DNA of 52,504 nucleotides from Clostridiaceae bacterium (GTDB lineage Bacteria; Bacillota; Clostridia; Christensenellales; CAG-138): NCBI GenBank assembly GCA_039680365.1, contig JBDKTD010000088.1, positions 1 to 52,504 of the forward strand, read 5' to 3'. Shown piece by piece: positions 51,456 to 52,504 of this stretch (position 1 is its first letter; each line of letters starts with the position of its first letter). The notes under the pieces were generated by a model. It saw only the letters and a program-made list of their open reading frames with translations, ran no database searches and was not told where the DNA came from. The position numbers and the translations under genes were made by a program.

Positions 51456-52504
51456 TGAGTCTGCATGACGTTTTACTGAAGATTGTGCTGGGCATCAACT
51501 ATTTTTCACTGTTCTATGTCATCGCCGTCAGCACGATTTACCTCATCCAACTGATCTCAGCCTCCATCGGCCTTAGCAGGTATGTTCGTTCGCTGCGGTA
51601 TATCGACTACCGCCGGTTCCTCGATTCGGATCATATGGTTCCGATTTCGCTGCTGGTTCCCGCCTACAACGAGTCGGCAACCATCGTGGATTCCGTGCGC
51701 AACCTGCTTTCGCTCGACTTTCCGGAGTACGAGGTCATCGTTGTCAACGACGGCTCCAAGGACGATACGCTCCAGCTTTTAATCGACGCCTACGAGCTGC
51801 TGCCGTTCCGCCAGCCGTATAAAAAGTCGCTCGAAACGGAAGAGATACTGGAAATCTACCGTTCCGCGGTGGATGAAAAGCTCATTGTGCTCAACAAAAA
51901 GAACGGCGGCAAGGCCGACGCGCTCAACGCGGGCATCAACGTCGCTTCCTACCCGGTCATCGTGACCATAGACGCGGACTCCATTTTGGAAAAGAGCTCG
52001 CTTATCAAGATTATCTATTCGTTCATCAGCGACCCGACCTGCATCGCCGTTGGCGGTATCGTCCGCATTGGCAGCGGGTGCGAAATTGTAAACGGGCAAA
52101 TGAAGGAAGTCGGACTTTCGGACAACCCGGTCGTCGCCCTGCAGACGACGGAGTATCTGCGCGCGTTCTTAACCGGACGCATCGGCTTTGACGTAATGGG
52201 TATGCTGCTCATCGTGTCCGGCGCGTTCGGCGCGTTCAACAAGGCCGCCGTCATCGAGGCGGGCGGGTACACGCGCAACTGCGTCGGCGAGGACATGGAA
52301 CTCGTGGTCAAGCTGCATCAGCTCATGCACGATAAGAAGCGTAAATACTCCGTGCGCTTCCTGCCGGACCCCATCTGCTGGACACAGCCGCCGGAAAAGC
52401 TCAGCGATCTCAAAAAACAGCGCAAACGCTGGCATATCGTTTTGATCGACACGCTGCTCAGGCACAAGAAGATGCTCTTCAATCCCAAGTACGGGCGCAT
52501 CGGC
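51455..52504 (+). CDS. Processive family-2 glycosyltransferase (PgaC/IcaA/cellulose-synthase-like polysaccharide synthase), 5' 350 codons, runs off window
   Basis: Not in the ORF track because it has no stop. Hand translation: MSLHDVLLKIVLGINYFSLFYVIAVSTIYLIQ (TM)...ISLLVPAYNES...VVNDGSKD...KNGGKADALNAG...TIDADS...VGEDMEL...KKQRKRW. This is the D, DxD, ED, Q(R/Q)xRW series of processive GT2 synthases. Confidence 0.9.
   Translation, partial: MSLHDVLLKIVLGINYFSLFYVIAVSTIYLIQLISASIGLSRYVRSLRYIDYRRFLDSDHMVPISLLVPAYNESATIVDSVRNLLSLDFPEYEVIVVNDGSKDDTLQLLIDAYELLPFRQPYKKSLETEEILEIYRSAVDEKLIVLNKKNGGKADALNAGINVASYPVIVTIDADSILEKSSLIKIIYSFISDPTCIAVGGIVRIGSGCEIVNGQMKEVGLSDNPVVALQTTEYLRAFLTGRIGFDVMGMLLIVSGAFGAFNKAAVIEAGGYTRNCVGEDMELVVKLHQLMHDKKRKYSVRFLPDPICWTQPPEKLSDLKKQRKRWHIVLIDTLLRHKKMLFNPKYGRIG

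Noticed and set aside
1-52504. Mobile elements, prophage, defence systems (restriction-modification, toxin-antitoxin, Cas, retron, Abi-like), rRNA/tRNA
   Set aside because: No integrase, transposase, recombinase, nuclease, methylase or reverse-transcriptase motifs were recognised in any plausible ORF. No tRNA-like cloverleaf or rRNA sequence was seen. The only inverted repeats (11361/11558 and 46778/46838) flank segments of less than 200 bp without coding capacity for a transposase.

Overview
GC-rich chromosomal segment that looks Gram-positive and Clostridia-like: AGGAGG-type ribosome-binding sites, lipobox lipoproteins, CUT1/CUT2 sugar ABC systems. I found no rRNA, tRNA, CRISPR, transposase, integrase or recognisable defence genes. 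All family calls come from motifs read by eye; no searches were run.

Layout:
- 1-7165 (-): 5' part of a giant secreted protein with tandem ~95-aa repeats. It runs off the window, so it is missing from the ORF track.
- 7.7-11.6 kb (-): c-di-GMP cluster. It holds a membrane GGDEF cyclase and a 7TM HD-GYP phosphodiesterase translationally coupled to a small membrane protein. A nested inverted-repeat leader with a 25-codon micro-ORF precedes it.
- 11.7-20.5 kb: hypothetical protein, EFR1-type ferredoxin, amidohydrolase, RpiR regulator and a CUT2 sugar ABC operon.
- 20.9-31.9 kb (+): TrmB-controlled alpha-glucan-type locus. It contains a fused binding-protein/permease, a permease, GH13, a SASA-type esterase, a repeat lipoprotein and two URO-D-like proteins.
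- 32.3-41.1 kb: cellodextrin locus with GH94 phosphorylase, LacI regulator, CUT1 ABC transporter and a cytoplasmic GH9.
- 41.3-46.7 kb (-): binding protein + REC-HD-GYP response regulator + BvgS-like hybrid kinase.
- 47.0-52.5 kb (+): GH16 lipoprotein, a clan GH-A-like lipoprotein broken by one in-frame TAA, a membrane HEAT-repeat protein and a processive GT2 synthase that runs off the window.

Most interesting:
- the HEAT-repeat/GT2/glycosidase exopolysaccharide-like module
- the sugar-sensing phosphorelay whose output is c-di-GMP hydrolysis
- the inverted-repeat-flanked micro-ORF upstream of the HD-GYP gene
- two arrays of three tandem palindrome-bearing repeats (83/84 bp and 52 bp), each directly upstream of a lipoprotein gene
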